This document shows positions 45,844 through 55,704 of a stretch of DNA of 64,000 nt, piece by piece; the stretch's first letter is position 1; the number at the start of each line of letters is the position of its first letter. Origin of the DNA: Halocafeteria seosinensis (Eukaryota). A program made the position numbers and the translations under genes. The stretch is from positions 1-64,000 of the forward strand of contig LVLI01000033.1 in NCBI GenBank assembly GCA_001687465.1. The letters run 5' to 3'. The notes beneath the pieces were generated by a model. It was not told the DNA's origin and did no database searches. It saw only the letters and a list, made by a program, of their open reading frames with translations.

Positions 45844-46325
45844 ACAAGAACTTCCAACAGTTACGACCAAAATGCACGACGTTTTCTCCTCTGCCAAGTG
45901 CTCTTTAATTTTGTACATCCTGACTTTAAGTCACACTTTGCTCACGACTCCTCGCCCACTGTCAATGGTAAGTAGAAGAAACGTTTGTCGTAAATTTGCC
46001 ATGCTCCACGCGCACTGTGCCACGCAACCCAGTTTGTGCCCCGTTGTATGTAATAATGATCCTATAGTACTACTTTGACTTGTTAAAATAGAAAACTGAA
46101 CAATAACCCCAGTGATGAATGCGTCCTGCCAGTGTTGGAAGCGTGCTTTATTCGCGGCAAAATATTCTGCCCCGCTGGGAGGAACAACGCACGTGTGCTC
46201 ATTATCATTCAATAAAGTGCTGCCTTGGCTCCCACTGACAATCCTAAGTTGATTCATGAGTTCAAAGGGAGAGAGAGAGAGAGAGAAAGAAAGAGAGAAA
46301 ATCGGGGCTGGAGTAGTTTGAAGCA

Positions 46326-49300
46326 ATGCAGCATCCTCATCCACAACGCCTCGCTCTCGGACTTGAAGTGGTCTTCTTGATTGCATTCATTGAGTGGGCG
46401 CTGGTATTCAATCCGGTAGAGAGCGAAGAATCTCAAGAACCGTATTCAGTATCTTATAAAAAATTAAAATGGGAAATTACCCGAAGGAGAGAAGGCCCGA
46501 ATTCAGTGGGTGGGGCGACGAAGTCGTTCTTGCAAGCGAAGTATTTTCGATTGATTGATGGAGGCGAGCACAAAGACGTACCGAAGGGGACGACGATCAA
46601 ATATGCTGACGGGCGAGAGGATACTACTACTGGCCCGCAAAATTTAGATCGAGATCCGACACAGTGGATTGACAAGGAGTTTAACGACGACCCGCACTCG
46701 TCTATCGGAAACAGTACATTGATCTTCGAGGTCATTACCGAGCCTTTTCGATTCGAAGGATATGTGTGGATGACTGGACAGTCGCACGACGATCGAGATC
46801 CACATGAATGGTCATTATTTGGGCAAAAAGAGGGCACTTGGGATTTGCTCGATTACAGAAACGTTACGGATATCCCTAAAACGCGGAAGGTATTTACCTC
46901 AGACTATATGCTGGCGAAGCCACTTCAACCAACAGCCGCAGGCACTACTACGGCAATGCCCTCAAGGCCACCATCAATAACGATTTCGGTTGTGCCGACG
47001 TTATCCAATCTCCCATCATGCACTGCTTCTATCAGCGCCACCCAAAGTGCTTCGACGACAAGAAGCCCCGGGGAAACTGTGACAGTAGCAGCACCCGGCC
47101 TCGCCTCACTTACTGCATCTATCAGTTTCACCCAGAGTCCTTCTGCGAGTATGGTCACGCAAACTGTATCACCATCCCCGCCTAGTACAGCTACCTCTGT
47201 CAGCACTCCGACTCATACTCCATCAAGGTCACCGACTTTGGTTTCGTCTATCCGTTTGACGCGGACTGCGTCAGTGAGTGGGTCACCGACAGAGAACGAG
47301 AAGTATAGTACGACACAGACAGTTTCTGCATCACCTAAAAGCGCTTTATCTAGTGCATCAGTTAGCGCCACACAGAGGTCGGATTCCCTCACGTTTACAC
47401 CGTCGCCCGAAGCTTCCATTTCCCCTGGTACAGTTTCGGCCACTTCGTCGGATATCACCCAAAGCTCTGTAAGTACCTCAAAATTTTTGAGCACCAGCAC
47501 GTCGCCTATCCCATCTAAGAGCCAAGAGACTGCAAGTAGTACTGTGTCTGGGACATCAGCCGATCAAGCCAATAGTCCATCGACGACAGTTTTAGCAAAT
47601 GCTTCCCGTCGGGGGCCTGAGAATGCTAATACTGTATCTCCGACTCCTAGCGTGGCAAACATATTTCCCGTCAGTCCGACTAAAACGCCACATGCTAGTA
47701 GTTCCGGAAACACATCAGTCGTGACAACAGTAACCCCTAACGCGATACAAACTGTCAGTAGACAGAGTGAAACACCCTCATTCTCTTCTGCCTCAATGAA
47801 AGAAACTTCTGAGCCGTCGGTCGGAGAATGTAGCGAGATTGCTTACAGGATGGTCGTATTAGGCACAACCGAATTGAAACGTGACCGTTCTGCAACACGA
47901 TTCAATGTAACGATAGAGTTTGTAGCGAACCACAGCCAGAAGCTCTCTAGAGTGGAGGTGGACTGTGCTCACAGCATACCTACATCTCTTGGTGCTCACA
48001 GTCTGTTTACAGGATGCCAAAAAATAATTGGATCAAACCGTGACTACAACAGAACGCTCAAGGCGACGGCCACGCTGTTCTCAACTGCAGTTTGTTTGCA
48101 GGGCTCGGCATTAGCTCGCCGTCTGAACTACTGTGTGACCCTTAGCATGGATCGGAATGTAACGGAGGCTATCTTAGCTCAGTCACCTTGGATGAAGCAA
48201 ACAGTCAACACGTCTTGGACCATTTTACTTCCCTTGAGATTAGTTTTTATTTTTCAGGCAGGCCATCATCAGCATGCTGATCTTTTTGTAGTGTTCAACA
48301 CTGATAAGCAACCCAGCGATTTTCTTTTGGAGAAGGATATCGTTGTGCTCCCTGATTTCGTTCACATTGTAGTGGATCATCGCTTGCCAGTCAATACTGA
48401 TAGCCTCATCCAACGATCTGTTACTGTCGCAAGTCGCAAAGATATCCACTTTGTGTGGAGAGTTCCTAGTCTTTGGGAATCTACTATCAATGTCGGCAAC
48501 AGACACGGGACAATTAAGGCGTATCAGCCTGCTAGTCACACAATACGACTGAACACAACCGATTTACAAACAGGTGAAACTTCTTTTGAGCTTTTCCTTG
48601 ACGTTTCTGGCCTTGACACTGAAGTGACGCGAACCCTGAGTGTTCAAGGGACAATTGAAGTGCGCGGGGCAACCCTAACAGTTGAACCTGAACTGCTTAG
48701 TGCACTTATGCCACCACGAGGTGAAAAGATCATAGCAAAAGTCCTGCAGCTGAGAAACCTAGGTAATATTCCTATGACGTGGAAAGCTGTTCTACACTAT
48801 GATACTGGTGCTGCGTGCTCCTCAGAAGAAAAGTGGGTAATGCTTAGCGACGAAAATGGATCTGTGCCTCCTGACAGCGACTTTGCATTGTCTGTATATT
48901 TCAACTCTGCTTTAATTTTTGAAACGGGAAATTTCGAGTGTTTTCTTCATATCATCAGTGATGCTAGAAGTGGCAGTCCCACCAGGAGGCCTCACGATTT
49001 CGGTAAGCCAGAAGACATTTCGAAACTGGGTGGAGTAGAATTATGGATCCCTATTTTACTAAGAGTTTCCTCAGCGTTCATATGCTCCAACATGCCCCCA
49101 ACAGGTGTTATGCTCTCCCCGTTCGATGTTAAAACCATTTGGGCAACTATTGTCAATGTCGGAAAGGAAGCTATGAGAGTCGTTCCCGGTAATTTCTCCA
49201 TCCGGCTAGTGGAACAGGGCCGAACTTACAGGCTCAGAGTCGTTCCAGATCGTCACATTTTGTGGCTAACTCCTTGGCTTGCGCTTTCAAAGGAAGCGGT

Positions 49301-51986
49301 AACTGTCCGTCCAGAAGAAACAGCAAGGGTGAGTTTGCAAATCAACTACTCGGCAGGCACGCCGCCACTGTGGACCGAGGAAGAAGAGGTGCTGGTCACA
49401 GCTGCAGCTATGCAAGTACAGTTTGAATGGGTTGTTCTTTCAGCGACACGGGACTTACGAAAGATGGAAAACTTAAACGAAGAATTTTTGATATCCTTTC
49501 GGGGTGGTGAAGTTTCTTCTTCGAACTCGGAGCTAATAGTTTCACCTCCTCCCTATCGTGTCAACTCGCCTATTCCTGTTAAAGTTCACTTACGAGACGT
49601 CTTTGGAAGGCCTACATCTCTAGACCCTGGATCACGCTTTGACAAAGGCTATCCGTCAATTAAAGTGGTAAGCGATGATTCTCCATCCGACGAGACACTA
49701 AGTCCGCTCTTGCATTTTTTGCCCGAAAGACCGGAAGCATTCGATCTCCAACTGACACTCTGGTTGAGAAGTGTAGGGATGTACTCCTTGGAAGTCGCAG
49801 TGCACAACATATCTATACAGTCTTCACCTCACGGTATGTTAGCTACAGGAGTAGTTTGCAACCAGACCAACTCAACTCCTAACCACCTTAAAACCTCCTG
49901 TGTTTGCGAAGCGGGGCACTATGTGTCCCCAGGACGTGAGGGCTGTATTCCGTGTGACGAAGGCAGATTCAACCCCGAGAAGTCTTCAGCCAACGCCTGT
50001 CAAGCATGCCCGGGTAATTATTATTCCTTTCGGGGAGAGGCAAATTGCCACGAATGCCCATCAGAGGGGTTCACATGCAGCAATGGGAAACTACGGATGA
50101 AGAGCGGCTATTGGTGCGAGCAATGTAGGGCATCTTCCAAGGTTTCAGAATTGAGCTTTCGCATCCCATCAGGAAGGATGCATCAGTGTTTCGTGATAGA
50201 TGCGTGCATAGTCAATTCTTCAAGTTATCAAGTTGTTTGTCGGACAGGTTATACTGGCCCGGTCTGCTCTTCTTGCCAACACGACTATGTCCAATCAACT
50301 AGGGGTCATTGCCTGCAGTGCTCTGGCAACCTTCGGAACTATTTTTTGACCGTTACTGTCGTTTTTCTTTTTGTTGCATCTATTGCGGTCATCCTGTACC
50401 GACATTACACCATGTTTGCTTACCTCGGCCGAAAGGTTCGATCGCTAGGTTCTCCACCGAATTTGTCGACAACTTGGGGAAATAAAAGGACGGCATCGAA
50501 CCGAAAGGAAGTAGAGCGGAGTGAATCAAACCGTCACCAGGGACTTAGATACTCGCCACGTGCTAAAGTGGAAGCAACCTTCGATAACCCGTTATGGGCG
50601 GGCGGCAGACAAAAGCCGCGTCGGAAGGATACATATCCGCTCGAAGATAAAGACTCTCACCACCCGAGGTCCGTACAACTCTTGTCAATGCTTGTGCTGG
50701 ACTACATGCAACTCGCGTCTGTCATCATATCGCTTAAGATATCCCCACTGAAAGAAGAAATGAGTGGCATCGTACCGAGCATATTGGAACTGTCAACTAT
50801 GAGTCCTTCCAGAGCGGATCCTATTCGTTGTACTTTAGGGATTGGATTCTTTGGGGCCACATTGGTTACTCTTCTCCTCCCATGGGCTGTTTCCTTACTA
50901 TCAGTCGTTTTATTGTGGTTTATTCATATATTGCAGAGAGTTAAATCTGTTTCTTTGGGAATGGTCACCCAAAACTCGTTTAGGTCGCTTACTACGATCT
51001 TGAGTATCGTCCACATGGGGGTAACTGCTGCTGCATTGGAGGCTAGCGAAGTTTACCCTTATGAAATAGGCTCAGTAAAGCGCCATGCACATGACCTACG
51101 TCTTACTGCTAACACAGTTCAATTCCATGTATTGCGTGGCATGGGGATTGCAACATTGGTGGTCTTCGTTGTCGGTTTTCCGCTGGCTGTGACGTTATAT
51201 CTCATCAACCACTCCCGGTATTCAGAACCAGCTCGAGTCCAGCAGTTTGAAAATGTCATTGCAGGCTACACCAAACACTCACGAGGGTATTTATGGCCCA
51301 CGGCGGTAGTCATCAGGAAAGTCCTTCTACTCCTGGTCGCGGCGTTCGTGAACGAGGCAATATGGCAAATGCTGCTGTCTGCAAGCGTGCTGGCATGCTC
51401 CTCTGTCTTGATGTATAAGCTGCGCCCCTACAAAATGGCTGCTATGAATGTTCTTGAACAATTGAAAGTGGGCGCATTGCTTGTTTCTATTTGGTTGGGA
51501 AGTGTGTTGTTTGGCATTTCTTCAGACCAATCCCTCTTAACGAACCCTTCCACAAGAGAAGAAGCTATCCTGCTGCTGGCTGCTGTGGTCAACATAGGTG
51601 TCCTCCTCTCAGCCATGATTACAGCTCTCTATATAATGCCAGGAGCAGTTCTCTACGTGTACTCGCATATCATAAAACCATTACAAGCGAAGTGTTGCAA
51701 CTTGTTCACATGTAATGGTGGAGACCCTGATGAAGGGAGCGAAAGGTTCAGAACGCATGGGAAGCGAAGAGGTCCGCCAATAGTTCACAGACAATCCTTG
51801 TCCCCTTTAGCAATGCAAGGAGGCGACACGAACGCGTCAGTTTCCCGGAATACGCTGCTGCGTCGGCAGCTTCGCGAATCTCATGTGGCCCGCAGTAAAC
51901 GGATGAATCAAGTATTGAAGCCCGTGCAGCCTCGAAAGCTTCAACCTCAGAATACCCGTACTGGATTAGGGCTGCTCCACAAGTGA
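46326..51986 (+). CDS. giant surface receptor-like protein: F5/8-type-C-like head, S/T stalk, shared Cys-rich/~9-TM body
   Basis: 1886-aa intronless ORF with signal peptide. Head FEGYVWMTGQSHDDRDPHEWSLFG is homologous to the 31054 gene. Body motifs CVCEAG, GYTGPVC, FDNPLW, LDYMQ, SPSRADPIRC, NQVLKPVQPR. Confidence 0.92.
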   Translation: MQHPHPQRLALGLEVVFLIAFIEWALVFNPVESEESQEPYSVSYKKLKWEITRRREGPNSVGGATKSFLQAKYFRLIDGGEHKDVPKGTTIKYADGREDTTTGPQNLDRDPTQWIDKEFNDDPHSSIGNSTLIFEVITEPFRFEGYVWMTGQSHDDRDPHEWSLFGQKEGTWDLLDYRNVTDIPKTRKVFTSDYMLAKPLQPTAAGTTTAMPSRPPSITISVVPTLSNLPSCTASISATQSASTTRSPGETVTVAAPGLASLTASISFTQSPSASMVTQTVSPSPPSTATSVSTPTHTPSRSPTLVSSIRLTRTASVSGSPTENEKYSTTQTVSASPKSALSSASVSATQRSDSLTFTPSPEASISPGTVSATSSDITQSSVSTSKFLSTSTSPIPSKSQETASSTVSGTSADQANSPSTTVLANASRRGPENANTVSPTPSVANIFPVSPTKTPHASSSGNTSVVTTVTPNAIQTVSRQSETPSFSSASMKETSEPSVGECSEIAYRMVVLGTTELKRDRSATRFNVTIEFVANHSQKLSRVEVDCAHSIPTSLGAHSLFTGCQKIIGSNRDYNRTLKATATLFSTAVCLQGSALARRLNYCVTLSMDRNVTEAILAQSPWMKQTVNTSWTILLPLRLVFIFQAGHHQHADLFVVFNTDKQPSDFLLEKDIVVLPDFVHIVVDHRLPVNTDSLIQRSVTVASRKDIHFVWRVPSLWESTINVGNRHGTIKAYQPASHTIRLNTTDLQTGETSFELFLDVSGLDTEVTRTLSVQGTIEVRGATLTVEPELLSALMPPRGEKIIAKVLQLRNLGNIPMTWKAVLHYDTGAACSSEEKWVMLSDENGSVPPDSDFALSVYFNSALIFETGNFECFLHIISDARSGSPTRRPHDFGKPEDISKLGGVELWIPILLRVSSAFICSNMPPTGVMLSPFDVKTIWATIVNVGKEAMRVVPGNFSIRLVEQGRTYRLRVVPDRHILWLTPWLALSKEAVTVRPEETARVSLQINYSAGTPPLWTEEEEVLVTAAAMQVQFEWVVLSATRDLRKMENLNEEFLISFRGGEVSSSNSELIVSPPPYRVNSPIPVKVHLRDVFGRPTSLDPGSRFDKGYPSIKVVSDDSPSDETLSPLLHFLPERPEAFDLQLTLWLRSVGMYSLEVAVHNISIQSSPHGMLATGVVCNQTNSTPNHLKTSCVCEAGHYVSPGREGCIPCDEGRFNPEKSSANACQACPGNYYSFRGEANCHECPSEGFTCSNGKLRMKSGYWCEQCRASSKVSELSFRIPSGRMHQCFVIDACIVNSSSYQVVCRTGYTGPVCSSCQHDYVQSTRGHCLQCSGNLRNYFLTVTVVFLFVASIAVILYRHYTMFAYLGRKVRSLGSPPNLSTTWGNKRTASNRKEVERSESNRHQGLRYSPRAKVEATFDNPLWAGGRQKPRRKDTYPLEDKDSHHPRSVQLLSMLVLDYMQLASVIISLKISPLKEEMSGIVPSILELSTMSPSRADPIRCTLGIGFFGATLVTLLLPWAVSLLSVVLLWFIHILQRVKSVSLGMVTQNSFRSLTTILSIVHMGVTAAALEASEVYPYEIGSVKRHAHDLRLTANTVQFHVLRGMGIATLVVFVVGFPLAVTLYLINHSRYSEPARVQQFENVIAGYTKHSRGYLWPTAVVIRKVLLLLVAAFVNEAIWQMLLSASVLACSSVLMYKLRPYKMAAMNVLEQLKVGALLVSIWLGSVLFGISSDQSLLTNPSTREEAILLLAAVVNIGVLLSAMITALYIMPGAVLYVYSHIIKPLQAKCCNLFTCNGGDPDEGSERFRTHGKRRGPPIVHRQSLSPLAMQGGDTNASVSRNTLLRRQLRESHVARSKRMNQVLKPVQPRKLQPQNTRTGLGLLHK

Positions 51987-52714
51987 ACAGAGCATGAAGT
52001 ACTACAACTCGGAAAGGTTAACAGTCTGTTTCTCGTCGTTGCTGGAACTTCCAATGTACAAGTCTCAAGTCTTGCCCGAAGGAAAGTAGATCGTAGACGG
52101 TATCTGTAAGCAAATAGTTAATAGTTTTCGCCCTCTATTATCCAACTACAATCCCCGGAAACCTTTGTAAATACTCACTTCAGGAATCATTGAATGCGTG
52201 GTATTTGGGTGCGGTACGCGGTACGGTATGCCCTTCCGCTGTTCCGCCCGAACCGATTTCCTCCTCATGCACCACCAAGCGCGCCAGAAGGCATGCCAGT
52301 ACTAGGTTTCCCTGAGTGATTGACTTTGGGCATTCATAGTAAGAGAGAAGAGTTTTGGGTCATCGGACAGTATAGGTATGTGATTACCGTGGAGGAAATA
52401 CTGCTGGAGGAGAATCGGAGTTTGCGATCACAACCTGTTTCCGGCACGACTGCTTTATCCTTTTTTTCTTTTTTTCCAGGCGTCATAAGACCTTTACAAC
52501 TCGCTTTCTTCACTTCTTTGGAATACGATACAGAGTACAGACACCTCAGGTGAGAAAAGGGCTGGAAAGTTTGTGAATTCTATCCAAGCCCCTCGAACAG
52601 GAACTGCGGAGGACGTTGGGAAGCCATTCACAGTGCTCTGGATCGAGATAGGAGCACAAGGGAACTGTCTACCTACTACACAATTCTTTGTATACCAATA
52701 TAGTATTTCAGACC

Positions 52715-54676
52715 ATGTCTACCATAAAAAGGATGGTGATTGGAACGTTTGCTCTCCTCATCCAGCTCATAGAAGTTGCAGGTGCCAATGATTTGCGGTC
52801 GTTGATTGAGGACGACTCCGTTAATTGTGTGCAGTATGATTCGGAGCATCGTATATTCACCCAGACGTGCGATTTTGCCGTTGGAAGTGGAGACTCCTTC
52901 ATATCACTGCTAGCAGGGGAAGTGTTTGATGGCCACGACTACGAGATCGAGCTTAGCGGTATACAAGACTTTCAAGGGCTCTTTACTACAGATAATGAAA
53001 GGGTCGAGTCGTTGGAAGACGCCCCCTTAATACGGAACGTGCATACAAAAGGTGGAGTTACCAGCAAGGGAGGAGGCTTTATCGTGCGCGAAGGGCAAAA
53101 AATTTTCCGGGTTCATTCCTGCAGCTCCACGGGAACTATAAGTGGGAATGACAATCAGGGAGGAGGAGGTATTTGCGGTCGAGCATGTGGTTCTGCAGGA
53201 GGGCAAGTAGTTATCTCCTCTTGCCATACAAGCGGCGATATCAGTGGATTCGCATTTCTAAACTTAGGCACGATTACGTATAAAGCTGGAGGAGCTGGAG
53301 GCATTGCAGGCGACTCACTTGCCGACGGTGGCGCTGCCAACATAACTGATTGCTCTTCAAAAGCCGTTGTTATTCAATCCCCTCACGGTGGTGGTATCTG
53401 CGGCTCATTTGCAGGGAGAAACGGGGGTACTGCATTCATCGAGAGATCGTACCTTGGAGAGGCAAGTATTGTGGGTCACAACGCTGGGGGCATTATCGGC
53501 GCTGAGGCTGGCGCATTTAATGGTTACGTACGAGTATCCCAGTGTTATAGTCTGGCAACCCTTTCCGCGCAACAGGTTGGAGGGATTTGCGGCGGCTTTG
53601 CGGGATTAAATGAAGGCAGAGTAGAAATTTTCGACTGCTATACAACAGGTGATATTAGCGACTTCCATACCGGAGGCATCGTAGGTGGTAACGCCGGTAA
53701 AAACCGTGGTGTAGTGCGCGTTACCAACACCTATTCTAGTGGGGAGAAAACGGATCATACTGCTGGAGGGTTTGTAGCTAGTGTGGCGGATGATCATGAG
53801 GAAGTACTCGTAAAATCTTCTGTTCAAGCACCAGGCAAGCGTGTTGGATTCGGTGATGGGATGAATGGAATAGATTTAAGCGATGATATTACTGCTCTAC
53901 GGGGCAAACTGTACACAAATGGGACAATCAGTCGATGGTCTTCAAGAATTTGGGCTGCTGTGCCGGACGAATTACCCATCCTACGTTTCCAGTTGCCCCC
54001 TACTCCAACTCCAACGGTGACGTGTACGCCTTCAACACCTGTTACAACAACTCCCACGATGACGCGTACCCCATCAATGACTGTTACAACAACTCCCACG
54101 ATGACGCGTACGCCTTCAATGACGGCTACAAGAACTCCTACGATGACGCGTACGCCTTCACTGACTGTTGCAATAACTCTCACGAGCTGGCCAACAAGTT
54201 CCAACTCAGAAACCTATACCACAGGCAAGACCTTCTCCACCCCAGCAGCTTCTCCATCGCGGTCACTAGCAATTACAGTAAGTCGCACAAGTTCATCAAC
54301 CAGTACTGTTTCGGATTTCTCGACAGTTAAAGCTAAAGAGTCACAGCTGGCTACGAAGTCTATTCAAGCAACATCAGCCACAGGGCAGACGGTGATGAAT
54401 ACAGTACCAGAGAAAAGCAGCTATCGAAGTCCTTGCTCCAGCGAGGGAAACCTACAGGTCTCCGAACCTCCTGTCGAAGCAAGTCCGACCGTTATACGCT
54501 CCACAATGGGCCCTGTAGACGCTTCAAGCGAAGTGACTAGACCATCGCCTATGGTAACTGCGGCGAGCCCTACGGATGAGGTCCTAAATCTTACGCGAAG
54601 TATTTCAAGTCTCCAGAATCAACGTGTACAACTTCCTCTCACTGCCTGCAAGACGCCTATCATGTCTCTACAATGA
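52715..54676 (+). CDS. secreted GLUG-repeat protein with Thr/Ser/Pro stalk, no TM
   Basis: Signal peptide MSTIKRMVIGTFALLIQLIEVAG, then DLRS..C, FDG, GGICG repeats, LPILRFQ and 14-aa TTTPTMTRTPSMTV repeats (~54040-54165). Confidence 0.88.
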   Translation: MSTIKRMVIGTFALLIQLIEVAGANDLRSLIEDDSVNCVQYDSEHRIFTQTCDFAVGSGDSFISLLAGEVFDGHDYEIELSGIQDFQGLFTTDNERVESLEDAPLIRNVHTKGGVTSKGGGFIVREGQKIFRVHSCSSTGTISGNDNQGGGGICGRACGSAGGQVVISSCHTSGDISGFAFLNLGTITYKAGGAGGIAGDSLADGGAANITDCSSKAVVIQSPHGGGICGSFAGRNGGTAFIERSYLGEASIVGHNAGGIIGAEAGAFNGYVRVSQCYSLATLSAQQVGGICGGFAGLNEGRVEIFDCYTTGDISDFHTGGIVGGNAGKNRGVVRVTNTYSSGEKTDHTAGGFVASVADDHEEVLVKSSVQAPGKRVGFGDGMNGIDLSDDITALRGKLYTNGTISRWSSRIWAAVPDELPILRFQLPPTPTPTVTCTPSTPVTTTPTMTRTPSMTVTTTPTMTRTPSMTATRTPTMTRTPSLTVAITLTSWPTSSNSETYTTGKTFSTPAASPSRSLAITVSRTSSSTSTVSDFSTVKAKESQLATKSIQATSATGQTVMNTVPEKSSYRSPCSSEGNLQVSEPPVEASPTVIRSTMGPVDASSEVTRPSPMVTAASPTDEVLNLTRSISSLQNQRVQLPLTACKTPIMSLQ

Positions 54677-55704
54677 GGTGCTACGATTTCACTGAAAGCA
54701 AGCACCGGCTGCTATTATTGTACGCATGTTGCTTCAGAGTCAGCAAGTATCGATATACTATCCGCCAATGTGATCACGATTTCATTTAGGGTTAGGGTCT
54801 CCTTAAATACGAGGCAACCAGAATGCCTACCCACTCTTCCATTTCAGTGCATGTGTGAGCTGTAAAGGCAACCTGTGCGTTGCGACGATAGATCCCCGTG
54901 AGAACTGCTTCTAGAGGACGAAGCAATACTGAACGATTGCTCCCTCAATCCTCCGAATACTGTACTCATTTCGTCTTATTGCACACGTGACCCTGCTGTA
55001 AGGTGGACGAAGCCTGGCGGCAAACCGTATCAGCATGCTATCTCATGAACCTAAAGTTATGAATAGACGGGGCCCGCCTACCATCCACGCAACGGTTCCT
55101 GCAGCTCGATCCCTGCGATGAGGCTTTTACTCCCTTCGGCCTTCCATCACCTCTTAAGAGGATTTGGCCGGAAACGCATCAACATATCGTTTGGCCAAAA
55201 GAAATCGTTGCTTCGATCCTGTACCTTTCAGCATACGTTGGGGAAAGAACTAGTCACAAACTATACAATCTTTAGGTCTGTGGAACTTCAGCAATCAACA
55301 AGAGGATAGCCTTCGAGACCACTCACGCTAGCGCAAGTACTACCAACAGTTGATTAAATTTATTAGGAAAGAACACATACCGACGGAGCAGCTAAGACAT
55401 GAAAGTGCGCGTTGGCGACAGGTGGTTGGGCGACTACGTTTGCCACCACTGCTACTGTTAAACGTCCGGCGAGTTCCCAAGAGTTTTCAGTGATTTTCTT
55501 GTGCTCGTTGACCACCGTGTTTGATTGACTCCCATTTCGTATCTCGTTTGCGGTCTGTTATATCTCCTTGTGTTGCATCTAGCTTGAGGTAGCTGACATG
55601 AGGGCTATGCCCAGGAGAGGAGACTATCTACGTAATTCTCATCAATTTAGCTGTCATTTCTTCCTCGTTCCACAAAGTACAAACCAAAAACCGTCTCGAG
55701 CTCA

